Source: Callorhinchus milii
Taxonomy: Eukaryota
Assembly: GCF_018977255.1 (NCBI RefSeq)
Contig: NW_024704742.1
Span: forward strand, 75,332,001 to 75,396,000
DNA: 64,000 bases
Direction: 5' to 3'
Positions 26,030 through 37,167 of this stretch are shown here, piece by piece. Position 1 is the stretch's first letter. The number at the start of each line of letters is the position of its first letter. The notes under the pieces were generated by a model. It saw only the letters and a list, made by a program, of their open reading frames with translations. It ran no database searches and was not told where the DNA came from. The translations under genes and the position numbers were made by a program.

Positions 26030-26430
26030 TAATAATTATAATTCTTGCATTTGATATAATAATAATAATAATCCTTGCATTTGATATAGTGCCTCATCAC
26101 ATCTTCAAGACATTTCAAAGAGCCTCACAGAATATACTGTAAAGTGAACTGACCCTACACTTTGTGGGTGAAACAAGGCAGGCAATTACACACAGCAGTG
26201 TCCCACAGACAGTCGTGGATTGAGTAACCAAATTAATTAAAAAAATGTTAAGGGACTATTACCCCGAAAGAGTGATCCACCAATCGACTAACAACCAGGC
26301 TCCTACTTACTGCTTAGTGAACAGAGGCATGTGGAGTAAGGAAACTTGCCCAACGATTCGCCCTGCTGGGAATGGAACCCACCCCATCTGCTTGTGAGGC
26401 AAGTGCTCTAACCACTGAGCTACGGGACTG
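26030..26430 (-). mobile_element. tRNA-derived SINE, long form, with duplicated tail
   Basis: Family motifs; ttgcatttgatata plus (AAT)n occurs twice in tandem. Confidence 0.85.
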
Positions 26431-26824
26431 ACCACCACTGGCCTAGGATCATCTCTTGGTTGCACTGAGCTCATATATTAAGCTCATGCATGATTAGACT
26501 GATGGTCATACTTTGTATTGAAGCACAGACATGAAATCACAGCATTGAAACAAATCTGATGATAACTTATAGAGGGTAGAAATATCACCTTGGACGAGCT
26601 TTACTGTGTTAACAAAGTATTTTAGAGCATCCACAATTCAGCAAATCATTGAATTCAGTCTTAACTTTCAAGCCAGGTTTTCTCTAGTTCTCAAAAGAAC
26701 TTGCAGGAAAATAGCTTCAACATTAAGGCTGTATTTAATAACTTGACAAATTCTGGACAGTCTGAAATGCTGTATAAAGAGAGTAAATCTAGACACAGGA
26801 ACTTCTAACCCCCGCCCCCGAGAC

Positions 26825-27072
26825 CAGTGTTGGCCAAACTACAACCCGTGAGTTGGTTTCAATCCACAGGGCTATCAAGAGGCGCCCCACTCCCCCACCC
26901 CAGCCCCTCTCCCCCCGAACATTTGCACAAGTCTAGGTAAGTCCCTGTTTGATCAGTTGTGTGTTTCCAGGTTTTTCTTGATCGTATATTGTTGGATTTA
27001 TTGCATAAATCAATAAATATTCAGTCAAGAAAATGTATTTTGTTGCCCAACCAAAAATATTGGCCGCCACAG
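26825..27072 (-). mobile_element. Non-autonomous hAT-like MITE, copy 2
   Basis: TIRs cagtgttggccaa...ttggccgccacag; flanks cccgagac/gactagac resemble the hAT-Charlie NTCTAGAN target; homologous to 719-895. Confidence 0.55.
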
Positions 27073-28775
27073 GACTAGACTCATCCCATTGTGTGTTGCC
27101 TGACTTCATACATCTTCATTGCTGCTTGTATCCTGACTCTTGTTTCTCAGAAGACAGTATCTTTTCTAGGATTAGTAAATTCCAATTGTTACATTCATAC
27201 TATTAAAGAGTATGGAAAAAGAGCAGGAGAATGATGGGATTCACAGTAGATAGCTTCAGTGGCGGAATTAGTTCCAGTGCAGACGTGATGAGCCAAATGA
27301 CAAGCCTCCTCTGTACTGTTTCTATGATTCTCTTATCCGTCTACATCAGGACCATCTGTTAAGTTTTTTTATTTTAGATGTGTGCAGTATTGCTCATCAT
27401 TGGTTTATATAAATGGTTTTTACTATATGTATCATTCTTAAGGTGATAGCCATACTTTCAGCGCCTTGGGACATCCTCTAAAGGCGCTCTAAAATATGTA
27501 ATTTTGTTGTTGTTGTTTCAACGGTAATTTATGTCCCATTAAAATTGATTCAAATGACGCCAACGGTGAAATGATGCACTGCGTTCATCCAGTGCTGCTT
27601 GTAAGTGTCCCCTCTACATCATCAGTTATTTTGCTGCTGGCAATATAATTAATAAAAGATGGGTAAAGCACTTTGGCACTTTGAACTGAAAAAACGTACC
27701 CAGTATGCAGAGTGTGTGGTTTCAGAGGGAATCCTTACATCCATCAATCTTTCTATGAATTCAAAGCCCTAATTCTGAAATTACACAATTCTGAAGTGTT
27801 CCAGAATGTACATGCATCGTCTCCTAGCCCCAGCATGTATCCACATGTAATACATTCAGACACTCGAGAACATCCATGCCTTCATGTCACCTGAGTTTCA
27901 CATATTGCTACCTCCTTCACAGTCTGGAAATAATTTGATGACAAGATTTGCGTTTAAAAGACATCCTTTGTATCAGGGAGTCCAGTTCAGAAGGTAAACA
28001 AATACTACATTTTCAAAGTAACATTTAACCATCTGTGGTCAATAACAAATGTTTAATCCTTATTTTTGCTCCGGTTGCTTTTAATAATGGTTAACAATCT
28101 ATCTCCCGCACATGACTATGGACAATGTTAAAATGCTTTTTACTTACATTGGACCTTGCTCTGGTTAAATCATTTTACACATGTTCTAGTGATACAGTGA
28201 GCTACTGTAAAAACCCACTAAAGTACCACATCAAAGACTGGTAGGATTTGAGTTCACAGCCACAACCTCCTATACATACCCAGCAGCCAAGAAAAAGCCA
28301 TGCAAATCCCACAGTACATGAGTGATCATAGAGTGGCACAGGATTAAGAAATGATTATCTGACTGCTGTTTGAGTCTGGTAAAAATACATAAGAGGGGGG
28401 GCAAAAGGAAGGGAAGGAAGAAAGGGGGAATAGCATTAGGGTTAAAGGGGAGGATTACATTCTTACTGAGATAAAAATAACATTCCACAGAGCCCATTCA
28501 GTGTGCATGACACTCTGTAATAGACACCAGCTTTTCTTCCCAATCTCCCATTTTACTGTTGTCATCTATTCATTACAGTATGTTTTGTGTCCTTTTCAAA
28601 ACTCAGATTTTTCATTTGCTAAAAAGTATCCGGAGTGCGTGGAAAGAAAAGCCAAAATGCACAGCCCAATAATCTCAATGCCTCTTGCAATCCTGTCCTA
28701 GATATCTTTACATTTATATCTTTCTCTATCAGGATATTTAAATAAGGGGGGAATCCCAATGTAGCGTGATTAAAA

Positions 28776-29070
28776 ATAATAATAATCCTTGCATTTGATA
28801 TAGCGCCTTATCACGTCATTGAGATGTCTCAAAGCGCTTCACAGAATACACTGTAAAGTGGGTTCACTGAGCATTTTGTGAGCAAAACACAGCAGCCAAT
28901 TGCCTACAGCAGTGTCCCACAAAGTCGTGGAGGGACCCAATTTTTTTTCTCTGGATCCATTATTAATAATTACTGCTGCAAAGTGATCCGCCAATCGACC
29001 AAAAACCGAGCTCCTACTTATTGCTGGGGAAACAGAGGCGTGTGGAATAACCAAACTTGCCTAAGAATTG
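28776..29070 (-). mobile_element. SINE, long form, 5'-truncated
   Basis: Family body and tail. Confidence 0.8.
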
Positions 29071-29434
29071 CCTTGCCCAACCTTAGTTTGCTCCTCCACC
29101 GAGCAACACAATATCACATCAAGGCGCATGGTTTGACCGCATGTTAAAGACAGACCAGATGTCATATAGAAGTACACACGGAGCACTGTCAGTGTAGGGG
29201 AGGGAGCACAGGCTGCAGCGGTGACCAGAGTTACCTGTCCTGATCAGAGGTGTGCAGTGCCACAGGCACAAGGCTTTACACGCTCACAGTAAAGTGCAGG
29301 AAGCCCCCCACCCCACCCCCACCCCCCCACCCCACACACACACACACTGACAGGCCAAGGGCAAGTCCATGACTGGAGCAGGTGCCCTCCCTGCCTTCCC
29401 TTTCCAACCTGCCACAGTACCGGGCAGCATCACT

Positions 29435-29538
29435 GAGTGTGAGTGTGTGTGTGAGTGAGTGTGAGTGTGTGTAAGTGTGTATGAGTTGTGTGTGTGTGTG
29501 TGTGTAGTGTGTGTGAGTGAGTGAGTGAGTGAGTGTGA
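29435..29538. repeat. (GT)n/(GAGT)n microsatellite
   Basis: Directly visible. Confidence 0.9.
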
Positions 29539-29541
29539 ATG

Positions 29542-29547
29542 TTTATT
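29542..29547 (-). promoter_or_regulatory. Candidate distal TMEM271 poly(A) signal
   Basis: tttatt on + is AATAAA on -, preceded in transcript sense by U-rich sequence. A proximal AATAAA lies at 30479-30484. Confidence 0.45.
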
Positions 29548-29833
29548 GTAAAGAAACCAAACCGAAGCCGTTGCAGTAACTTATTATCGCAGCGGATATC
29601 ATATTCCCGGATGGTGGAATAAAACACATCAATATCATCGTCGGCAGCAAAAACATAAATAAAAAAAACGACTAAATAAATAACCCCCACAACGAGTTAT
29701 ACAGCTCAGTGATCGCTTATTAAACGAAAGCCAGTCCTCGCTCACGGCAACACACGCAGTCTGTGTGTGTGTGTCTGGTTTGGGGGATCAGTACCTTCTG
29801 CACAATTGTTTTTCCACACATTATCCCCTGCGG

Positions 29834-29840
29834 GTTGTTG

Positions 29841-29872
<32 letters not shown>

Positions 29873-29882
29873 GGTGATGGTG
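29834..29882. repeat. (TTG)n(GTG)n compound microsatellite
   Basis: Directly visible. Confidence 0.9.
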
Positions 29883-30032
29883 GGTTTTTTTTTTTTGCCA
29901 AACGCCATTAATAATACCGACTATAAAATAGGAAGAAGTCGAGGCAGTCCCGGCACTGGGAGTCAGTCAGTGAGTGAGTGCTTTGCTCTGACCCTTTGCT
30001 GGTCCCCAGGTGACAACATTGGTCCTGTGGCT

Positions 30033-30449
30033 GGAGAGGGGAGGACAGGACAGGACAGGAGAGGAGAGGGCAGGACAGGACAGGACAGGACAGGAGAGGA
30101 CAGGACAGGACAGGACAGGACAGGAGAGGACAGGACAGGAGAGGACAGGAGAGGAGAGGAGAGGAGAGGACAGGACAGGACAGGAGAGGACAGGAGAGGA
30201 CAGGACAGGACAGGAGAGGACAGGAGAGGAGAGGAGAGGACAGGAGAGGAGAGGAGAGGAGAGGACAGGACAGGACAGGACAGGAGAGGAGAGGACAGGA
30301 CAGGACAGGACAGGGCAGGACAGGACAGGAGAGGACAGGAGAGGACAGGACAGGACAGGAGAGGAGAGGAGAGGACAGGACAGGACAGGAGGAGAGGACA
30401 GGACAGGAGAGGAGAGGAGAGGACAGGAGAGGAGAGGAGAGGACAGGAG
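30033..30449. repeat. Mixed pentamer array (AGGAC/AGGAG)n
   Basis: About 420 bp of interleaved GGACA and GGAGA units, directly visible. Confidence 0.97.
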
Positions 30450-30489
30450 GGGTGAGGGTCTGGTCGGAGTGTCCAGAGTTTATTGTGCA

Positions 30490-32300
30490 GCAGCTCTGCT
30501 CTCTTGACGCGCGGACAACCTTATTCGCAAAGCCTGGTCGTCGTCCCCCCGCCCCCCCCCCCTACCCCCCCCTCCCCCCCCGGGTGGGGGGGGGCCCTAC
30601 CCCCACCCTCCCCCCCGCCCCCTGATTACAAGCCGCTCGCCCTGGGGAACAGGTGCTCGTAGGGCGGCGGCGGGGGCCGCTGTGCCGGGGGGGGGTGTCC
30701 GCGGGGCGGGTACAGGCAGAGGCGCGGGGTGTCCGGGCCGGGCAGGGAGTAGCCGGGCAGCTCCCGGGACGGGTGGCCGCTGCAGCCGCGCTCCCCGCCC
30801 GCCTCGTCGGCGCCGAAGTTGATGTAGGAGGACGAGGCGGCGGCGTTGGCGGCGGATGGAGGGAAGGGCGGCCCCGGGTAGGTGTGCATGGGGAAGAGCT
30901 GCTCCTCGGTGGAGAGGATGGAGCCGGCGCTGCGCCGCTGCTGCTGGTGCTGCTGCTGGTGGTGCTGCTGGTGCCGCTGCTGGCGGGGAGGCTGCCAGGA
31001 CTTGTACTGCCTGATGAGCGTCAGGGTGATGAAGCCCAGCACACACTCCAGGGCGTTCAGCACCGCCGACACCAGCAAAATCCTCTCGTAGTCCCTCAGC
31101 TTCTGGCAGTCGGGCTGCTCGCTCGCCTCCAGCCGGGGCTGCTGCTGCCGGGGCCCCCGCGGCTCCCGCAGGCAGTGCCGCGAGTACTTCCTCTCCACCG
31201 TGGCGATGGTGTCCCCGTCGATGAGCGCCCCGGCCAGGGCGGTCAGGGTGCCGAGCATGAAGAGCAGCACCCCCAGCAGCAGGGCGCTCTCCCCCCGAGC
31301 CCTCCTGCTGGACAGGGCGGAGGCGCCCACCGCCAGGCAGCCCGCGCAGGTGAAAGCCCCCGAGCAGAAAGCCCCCGCCGTGCTGCCCACCTGGAAGCGC
31401 TCCTTCAGCGCCGCCCCGAGCAGACACGACTTGAGCCCCACGGCCAGGGCGCTCAGGGCGGACAGCAGCAGCAGGCAACTGGTGACCGACACACACAAGC
31501 CTCTCGGGGTCAACCTCTCCATCCTCCTCCTCCTCCTCCTCTCTCTTCCTCCCCCTCAAGTCCTGACATGTCAGCCTGTGACATGATTCAGCGATGATGG
31601 GCTCTCCTCAAGTTGCTTTGCAAAAGACACACACACACACTCACACACACACACACACTCGCTCGCCCGCTCCTTGTGCGCGCAGCTCTCGGTGCTTTCA
31701 AACCGATTAATTATTGATGAAGTTGAGAGCAAAAAAAAGAAGAGACACACACACGGCTTCGCGAACCCGCTGGTTAACCCGTGTCGCCATACCAGCGGGC
31801 GGTTATGCAACCGCTCCCCTTCTCTGACTGTCAGCAAAACCTCCCTCCTCCCCCCCCCCCCCCCACCCCCTCCTCCATCAACTTGCAATAAAGCATCTGG
31901 AAAGAACAGGTCCCCGCCTTAACACCAGCCACACATGCACACTGTGGGTGTCCCCGAGCTCAGTGTGTGAGTGTGAGTGTGTGTGTGAGTGTGAGTGTGT
32001 GCTCACTCTCAGCACCCTCCCCCCCCCCCTCCCCCCCGCATGCGGTTGCTCTTAAGTCGTACCGCGATGTGCTTGTGCACGTCTCGGCTACGACCGTGTC
32101 TCTCGGTTATTCTCCCGCTCTGACTGGTGTATCTGCATCCGACCCTTTCGGGCAATGGCAGGGTCCCCGCAGATTTACTTCCAGCTCTTTCGGTAGCTTT
32201 CCCCGCCGATCTCACCAGCCAACTGCTCAACCCGCCCGACGCTCTCATTCACTCATATCAGAGTTCACGATTTCTCTCACAATTCTGACCTTTGCTTCCA
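30490..32300. promoter_or_regulatory. CpG island over TMEM271 and its upstream region
   Basis: Sharp rise in GC and CpG against an otherwise CpG-depleted window; boundaries estimated by eye. Confidence 0.75.
30626..31522 (-). CDS. TMEM271: Transmembrane protein 271 (single coding exon, 298 aa)
   Basis: GC-rich ORF with four hydrophobic segments. Motifs AVGLKS, FQVGSTAGAFCSG, LLLGVLLFMLGTL, GALIDGDTIATVERKYSRHCL, CQKLRDYER, VLNALECVLG, SYINFG and GHPSRELPGY match my recollection of vertebrate TMEM271. PIGG-TMEM271 adjacency agrees with human 4p16.3. Confidence 0.9.
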   Translation of the reverse strand: MERLTPRGLCVSVTSCLLLLSALSALAVGLKSCLLGAALKERFQVGSTAGAFCSGAFTCAGCLAVGASALSSRRARGESALLLGVLLFMLGTLTALAGALIDGDTIATVERKYSRHCLREPRGPRQQQPRLEASEQPDCQKLRDYERILLVSAVLNALECVLGFITLTLIRQYKSWQPPRQQRHQQHHQQQHQQQRRSAGSILSTEEQLFPMHTYPGPPFPPSAANAAASSSYINFGADEAGGERGCSGHPSRELPGYSLPGPDTPRLCLYPPRGHPPPAQRPPPPPYEHLFPRASGL

Positions 32301-32524
32301 GTCTATGCACCTGACACTCGCCTATACTCCAGCAGCTTCTCCTCTGTTATCCCTGTAACTCCACTCCCTCCCCCTCCCTCACCCCCCAACCACCACTCTG
32401 GTTCATCTATTTTATGAAATTGCATCTACTCCTGGGAAACACAAAACCACACTTTGCAATGAATACTGTAAAGCACTTAATGACATCCTCCCTGCACTAA
32501 AGGTGTTATATTTTTATATATATC

Positions 32525-32697
32525 CGCCTCGCCCCCTCCTTAGCCTCCTTCAAATCCCGCCTCAAAACCCTCCTCTTCGACCATGCCATCGGTCACCCCC
32601 CGACCCCAGCTCGGGTCTGAAATGCTGCACTCTGTCCAGCGCCTTGGGACGTCCTCCTGATGTGAAAGGCGCTATACAAATGTAATCTTCTTCTTGT
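32525..32697 (+). mobile_element. L2 3' tail fragment
   Basis: gcgccttgggacgtcctcctgatgtgaaaggcgc stem-loop; same tail subfamily as 9592-10074. Confidence 0.75.
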
Positions 32698-33394
32698 TAT
32701 ATCAAATGCAAGGATTATTGCCCACAAAATAGATTGAATCCACTTTATGGTATACCCTGTGAAGTGCTTTGCTTCAAGGATATCCCACTTATTTGCCTCC
32801 TAAAGGATTATCTCCACGAAAGGATGCAGCCTGTTTACCAAATTGGAGAACCTTAGGTGCAAATTGGCAAGAACCAAGCGTTAGGGATTCCAGAGTGTGT
32901 AACAGGGTACTACTGGAATTCAACCATCTTAAACTGTGCAACCTACCATTACAGAGCACTAGTATGCTTCCTGCTGTTATTCCTCCCTGTACAATTCATC
33001 AAGTTGCACAACATTTTCAATATGGTACAGAGAAGCCACAAAAGCAGGTGATGATAGAAGTAGAAAAGATTGTGTTGAGGCAGTAGCAGAAGTTTCTGTG
33101 GATTTAAAGTTTAATCTGCATCCAGCCATAGTACACCTGCCCTGGCAAAGCTTGATAATGACATTGAAAAAGTGATTCCATTCCCTAACTTCATATGCGC
33201 AATGAAAAATTGAACACGTAAGTAAAAAACAAATGTGTTGTACCAGCAGGAAAAGGATACGTGCAGAGTGCTTCATTGATCGTTGACCACATCACCTCCA
33301 TGCAATACTGTCAGCATTTCATACTCCCTTGTTTGCTGCAGAAACATCCCAGTATGCAAACTGCTAGATTATGAAGAAATAATAATAGCAAATT

Positions 33395-34120
33395 GCATTT
33401 AGCATGGTCAACAATGTCGAAGGCAGCAGAGAGATCGAGAAGGATAAGGAAGCAGAGGGAGTCCTGGTCACAGATGGACAGAATGTCATTTGTAACTTTG
33501 ACTAAGGCTGTCTCTGTACTGTGGGCAGCATGGAAATCAGAGGGGTTCATGCAGGAGGAGAGGAAAGAGCAAATCTTGGGAAGCAATGACATGTTCCAGG
33601 ACCTTGGAAAGAAAAGGGAGGTTGGAGATGGAATAGTTGTTGGAGAACAGAGTTTGGCCAAGGGAAGTTGAATTGAGAGTGGGAGCCAAGATGGGTGTTT
33701 TTAGGGGATGGGAACAGAGCCATTGGCCAGAGAGAGGTTCATGATGTCTGTTCGTTAGGGGAACAAGTAGGTGGAGTGGGAGGTAAGTAGGGATGGGGTT
33801 AAGGAAGCAGGTGGTGGGCTTCATTTGGTAAATGATGTAAGTGAGAGATGAGGGGGGAGATGGGGTCAAAAATGTGGAGGGAGGGATAGATGGAGGAGGA
33901 AATAGCAAAGTGATGAGAGGGAGCCAAGAGTAGGTGGGGCTGGGAATTGCGGTACCGAGTGCACATTTTGGACGCAACCAAGTCTATATCTCATCACATT
34001 TGGAGTTGGAGGAGAGGATTGGTGAGACACGGGAAGGTGGGTGGAGGAGCTGGTTTGTGGTGCAGAAGAAGAGCCTGGGGTTGTCCTTGGTCTCCAGGAT
34101 GATTTTGGAGAAGAAGGACA
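33395..34120 (-). mobile_element. Old L2 ORF2 fragment
   Basis: [25 protein letters not shown] and LLDLSAAFD motifs with frameshifts. Confidence 0.8.
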
Positions 34121-35999
34121 TTAACAGAGTGATGAGAGAGAAATTCCTTTTTAATACCAGCTCCTTATTGCCTTGTTAAAAAAAAACCTTGACACTCAGG
34201 AATAGAGGTCTGAGAACATGTGCTGTTTAGCAAATGACTAGTACTCCAAAATCGTATCGTCGTTTAATGTTATTCAAAACCTGGCAGCCTTCAAGGGACT
34301 ATGGAGGAGCATAATTCCACACTAATTAATGTACATTGAGAACCATTGCTCTGTGTGTGGAATAGATATTCACCCAATTTTGTGAGTAATTTGGTAGAAA
34401 GTGAATTTTACAGGAGACACTTTCTCAGTCTGATCAATAAATGAAATTCTTGGTTCATTCCATTTGAATAGTGAATAGTGCACTACTCATGTAAATGGTG
34501 CAATTTTTGGTGACTTTCAGAGTTTTACTCTTATCTGTATCTTATTCTTCCACGGTTCCAAAATTGCTATCAAATGCTTCTTCCTCCTTGCCACCTCACT
34601 CTGTTGAAATCAAGATTCATCATAGTGCCTCCTATTCTAACTCATTCTTTCTCAGGATCTCTAGCTTGTACTGTAAACATCACATAAGGCGTATCAGTTG
34701 GGAACATATATTTAGAATTACGTATGCAAAGTATGAGTTTTGTCAAACTTGCATAGCATATAAACTCTTGAACAGAACCTTGGCAGATGTACAACTTAGG
34801 CAATTTAGACAGCTCAGACTTATACAACTTTTACAGTACAATTCCATCTCTCCCTCAGTCTTCCTTTCCCTAAGAAATGTGTAGTCTTTTATATAATCCA
34901 AGCTTGTCAAATAACTACTGATTTTAGTTGACAAGCTTTAGTTGACTTTTTTTAGTTTTCTTTCAGACATTTTCAACATGTCCTGAACTATGGACTTTGA
35001 CCCTTTAGCTAATTAAAAATAATTGAACTGCATCCGCCACCCATTGGCCTAGTTACCTAAACAAAATGAGACATCTAGTTGCGTTATTCAGTTATTTACT
35101 CCTCCTCCCATTTTATTATCTTCTGTAAACTTGGAGGTTTTGTCCATTTCCATGTCCTAAATCTACATTAAAATTAATAAGGATCTTTAGAAAGGAATAA
35201 CTTACTTCCTTATAGCACCTATAAGATCGAAAAGCACTTCACAGAATTATGGTTATGTTGTGACTGTATATGGTAGGGAAGTACAGTTGTCCAACCTACA
35301 GTCCCTCCATCGACATAAGTGTGGAACTGTTGTTAACATTGGGTTAAAAGGATTAGAAAGTGGATAATGTATATAACAATATTCTATGTATAGCAATATT
35401 CCCAGTTTTTCAGAAGGGGATAAAAGGTTACAAACGGTACGGTGCATTCAGCATGTAATCAAGCTTGGTGTTGGCTGATTGTTGGCTCTTGGATTTTACT
35501 ATTTCCAGACTTGATTCAATAGATTATTTAAGGTTGCTTCTAAATGGCCTGTAATGTTAAATTTCATCTATTCTCTTTGCTTGTGTTTTTTTTTACTAGC
35601 ATTTGCTAGTGTTGCTCGATAGCTACTCTAATTGAAGGACAGTTTACTCATTAAGACTTAAATATTAGGGTCAATTTTTCCCATATTTCTTAACTTGACT
35701 TTTGTTTAGTAACCAGAATAGGCCAACTCGTTAGAACTCGCTCTGAAAATAGATTGAGTTGGAGGATTCTCATGAGTCCGTATTACATTGCTTGTTGCAC
35801 GAGTTTGGATAATTTCTTAATTAAGAAATGCTATCGCAAAATGAACTCTATTGTCTTTTGGACAGAACAACTTGTTCTTGTACCTTCACATAGGATGAAT
35901 AATGCATTGAAGTACAGTACTGACAAAAACTGTGGCGTGTCTGAATAGGGGTAAAGGAAGGGGAATTGATCAAAGGTTGTTAAAATAATGCTTTAAAGA

Positions 36000-36690
36000 G
36001 AAGGAATTTGGAGAGCGAGTTCCAGAAAGTGGTCGCATGATGACTGAAGGCTTAGCCACAGATGATATGACAAGAGAATAAGGCACTGACCAGAGTCAGA
36101 CAAGTAAAGGGTGAGGGTAGGCACATAGGCTTTGAGGAGATATTAATAATAATAATCCTTGTATTTGATATAGCGCCTTATCACATCCTTGGGCAGTCTT
36201 CAAGGGCTTCACAGAATATATTGTAAAATTGATTGACTGTGTATTTTGTGGGCGAAACATGGCAGCCAATTACACACAGCAGTGTCCCACAAACAGTCAT
36301 GGAATGAGTGAAATTTTTTTTTTATGGATTATTACCCCCGAAAAGTGATCTGCCACCTGGGAATTGAACTTGGGTCCTCTCGCTTGCGAGTGTGCTAACT
36401 ACTACGCTACAGGACTCCATGAGATTGCAGGGATAGGGATGGAAAACATTTTGAAGCACTGAAGGTCAGGACAAGGATCTTGATATTGATTCACTGGGGA
36501 ACTTGAAGCCAGTATTGTCTGCTGAGGATGGGAAAAATGGATGTGCGCAGTTAGGTACAGAGAATACCGGCTGCAGAATTTTAGATGAATTGTATTTTAT
36601 GGAGGATGGAGCTAGGGAGAGCATTGAGATTCTAGATTTAAGATGCTGAATGCATGGATGAGGGCTTAGGTTGTCGAGGGAGTGAGCTAA
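36000..36690 (-). mobile_element. Old L2 fragment interrupted by a SINE at 36143-36418
   Basis: Degenerate L2 C-terminal sequence on both sides of a SINE copy. Confidence 0.6.
36143..36418 (-). mobile_element. tRNA-derived SINE
   Basis: Head, body and tail motifs with an internal deletion. Confidence 0.8.
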
Positions 36691-36764
36691 AGATGTAAGC
36701 AAGTACTGAATGGGACTGAAAGGATTGTTCTTTAAAAGAGTAAGTAAACATGATATAAATAATA

Positions 36765-37060
36765 ATATAATAATCCTTGCATTTAATATAGAGTCTTATC
36801 ACATCATCGAGACGTCTTAAAGTGCTTCACAGAATATACTGTAAAGTGAATTGACTGTATATTGCGCCAATTGCACACAGCAGTGTCACACAAACAGTCG
36901 TGGATTGAGCAACCAATTTATTTATTTATTTTGAAGAGATTATTACTACCGGAAAAGTGGTCCGGCAATCGACTAGCAACCGAGTTTCTACTTACTACTA
37001 GGTAAACAGAGGTGTGTGGAGTAAGGAAACTTGCCCAATGTTTCACCCTGCCGGGAATCA
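36765..37060 (-). mobile_element. SINE, long form
   Basis: Family body and tail. Confidence 0.8.
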
Positions 37061-37167
37061 AAATGGTCTTGTTCTATGTTGTAAATTTCTATGGTTCTAT
37101 ATTCTGAAACTCAAAATACAGTCCTAGTCAAAGACCGACTTAAAGTTGAACCAGAGCTGAGGCAGCA

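Noticed and set aside
29763..30507. ORFs of 230 aa and 165 aa with RTGQD/RRGEE repeats
   Set aside because: Translations of the pentamer array and microsatellites, which contain no stops; no coding evidence.
31056..31076. Possible REST/RE1 site ttcagcaccgccgacaccagc in TMEM271
   Set aside because: The left half matches, but the GGACAG core is broken and the sequence is explained by codons.
30597..31597. Overlapping 320-aa (-) and 314-aa (+) ORFs
   Set aside because: Shadow frames of the GC-rich TMEM271 CDS.
34495..34884. 129-aa ORF
   Set aside because: YSNSFFLRISSL resembles a decayed LINE ORF2 C-terminus; no exon evidence.
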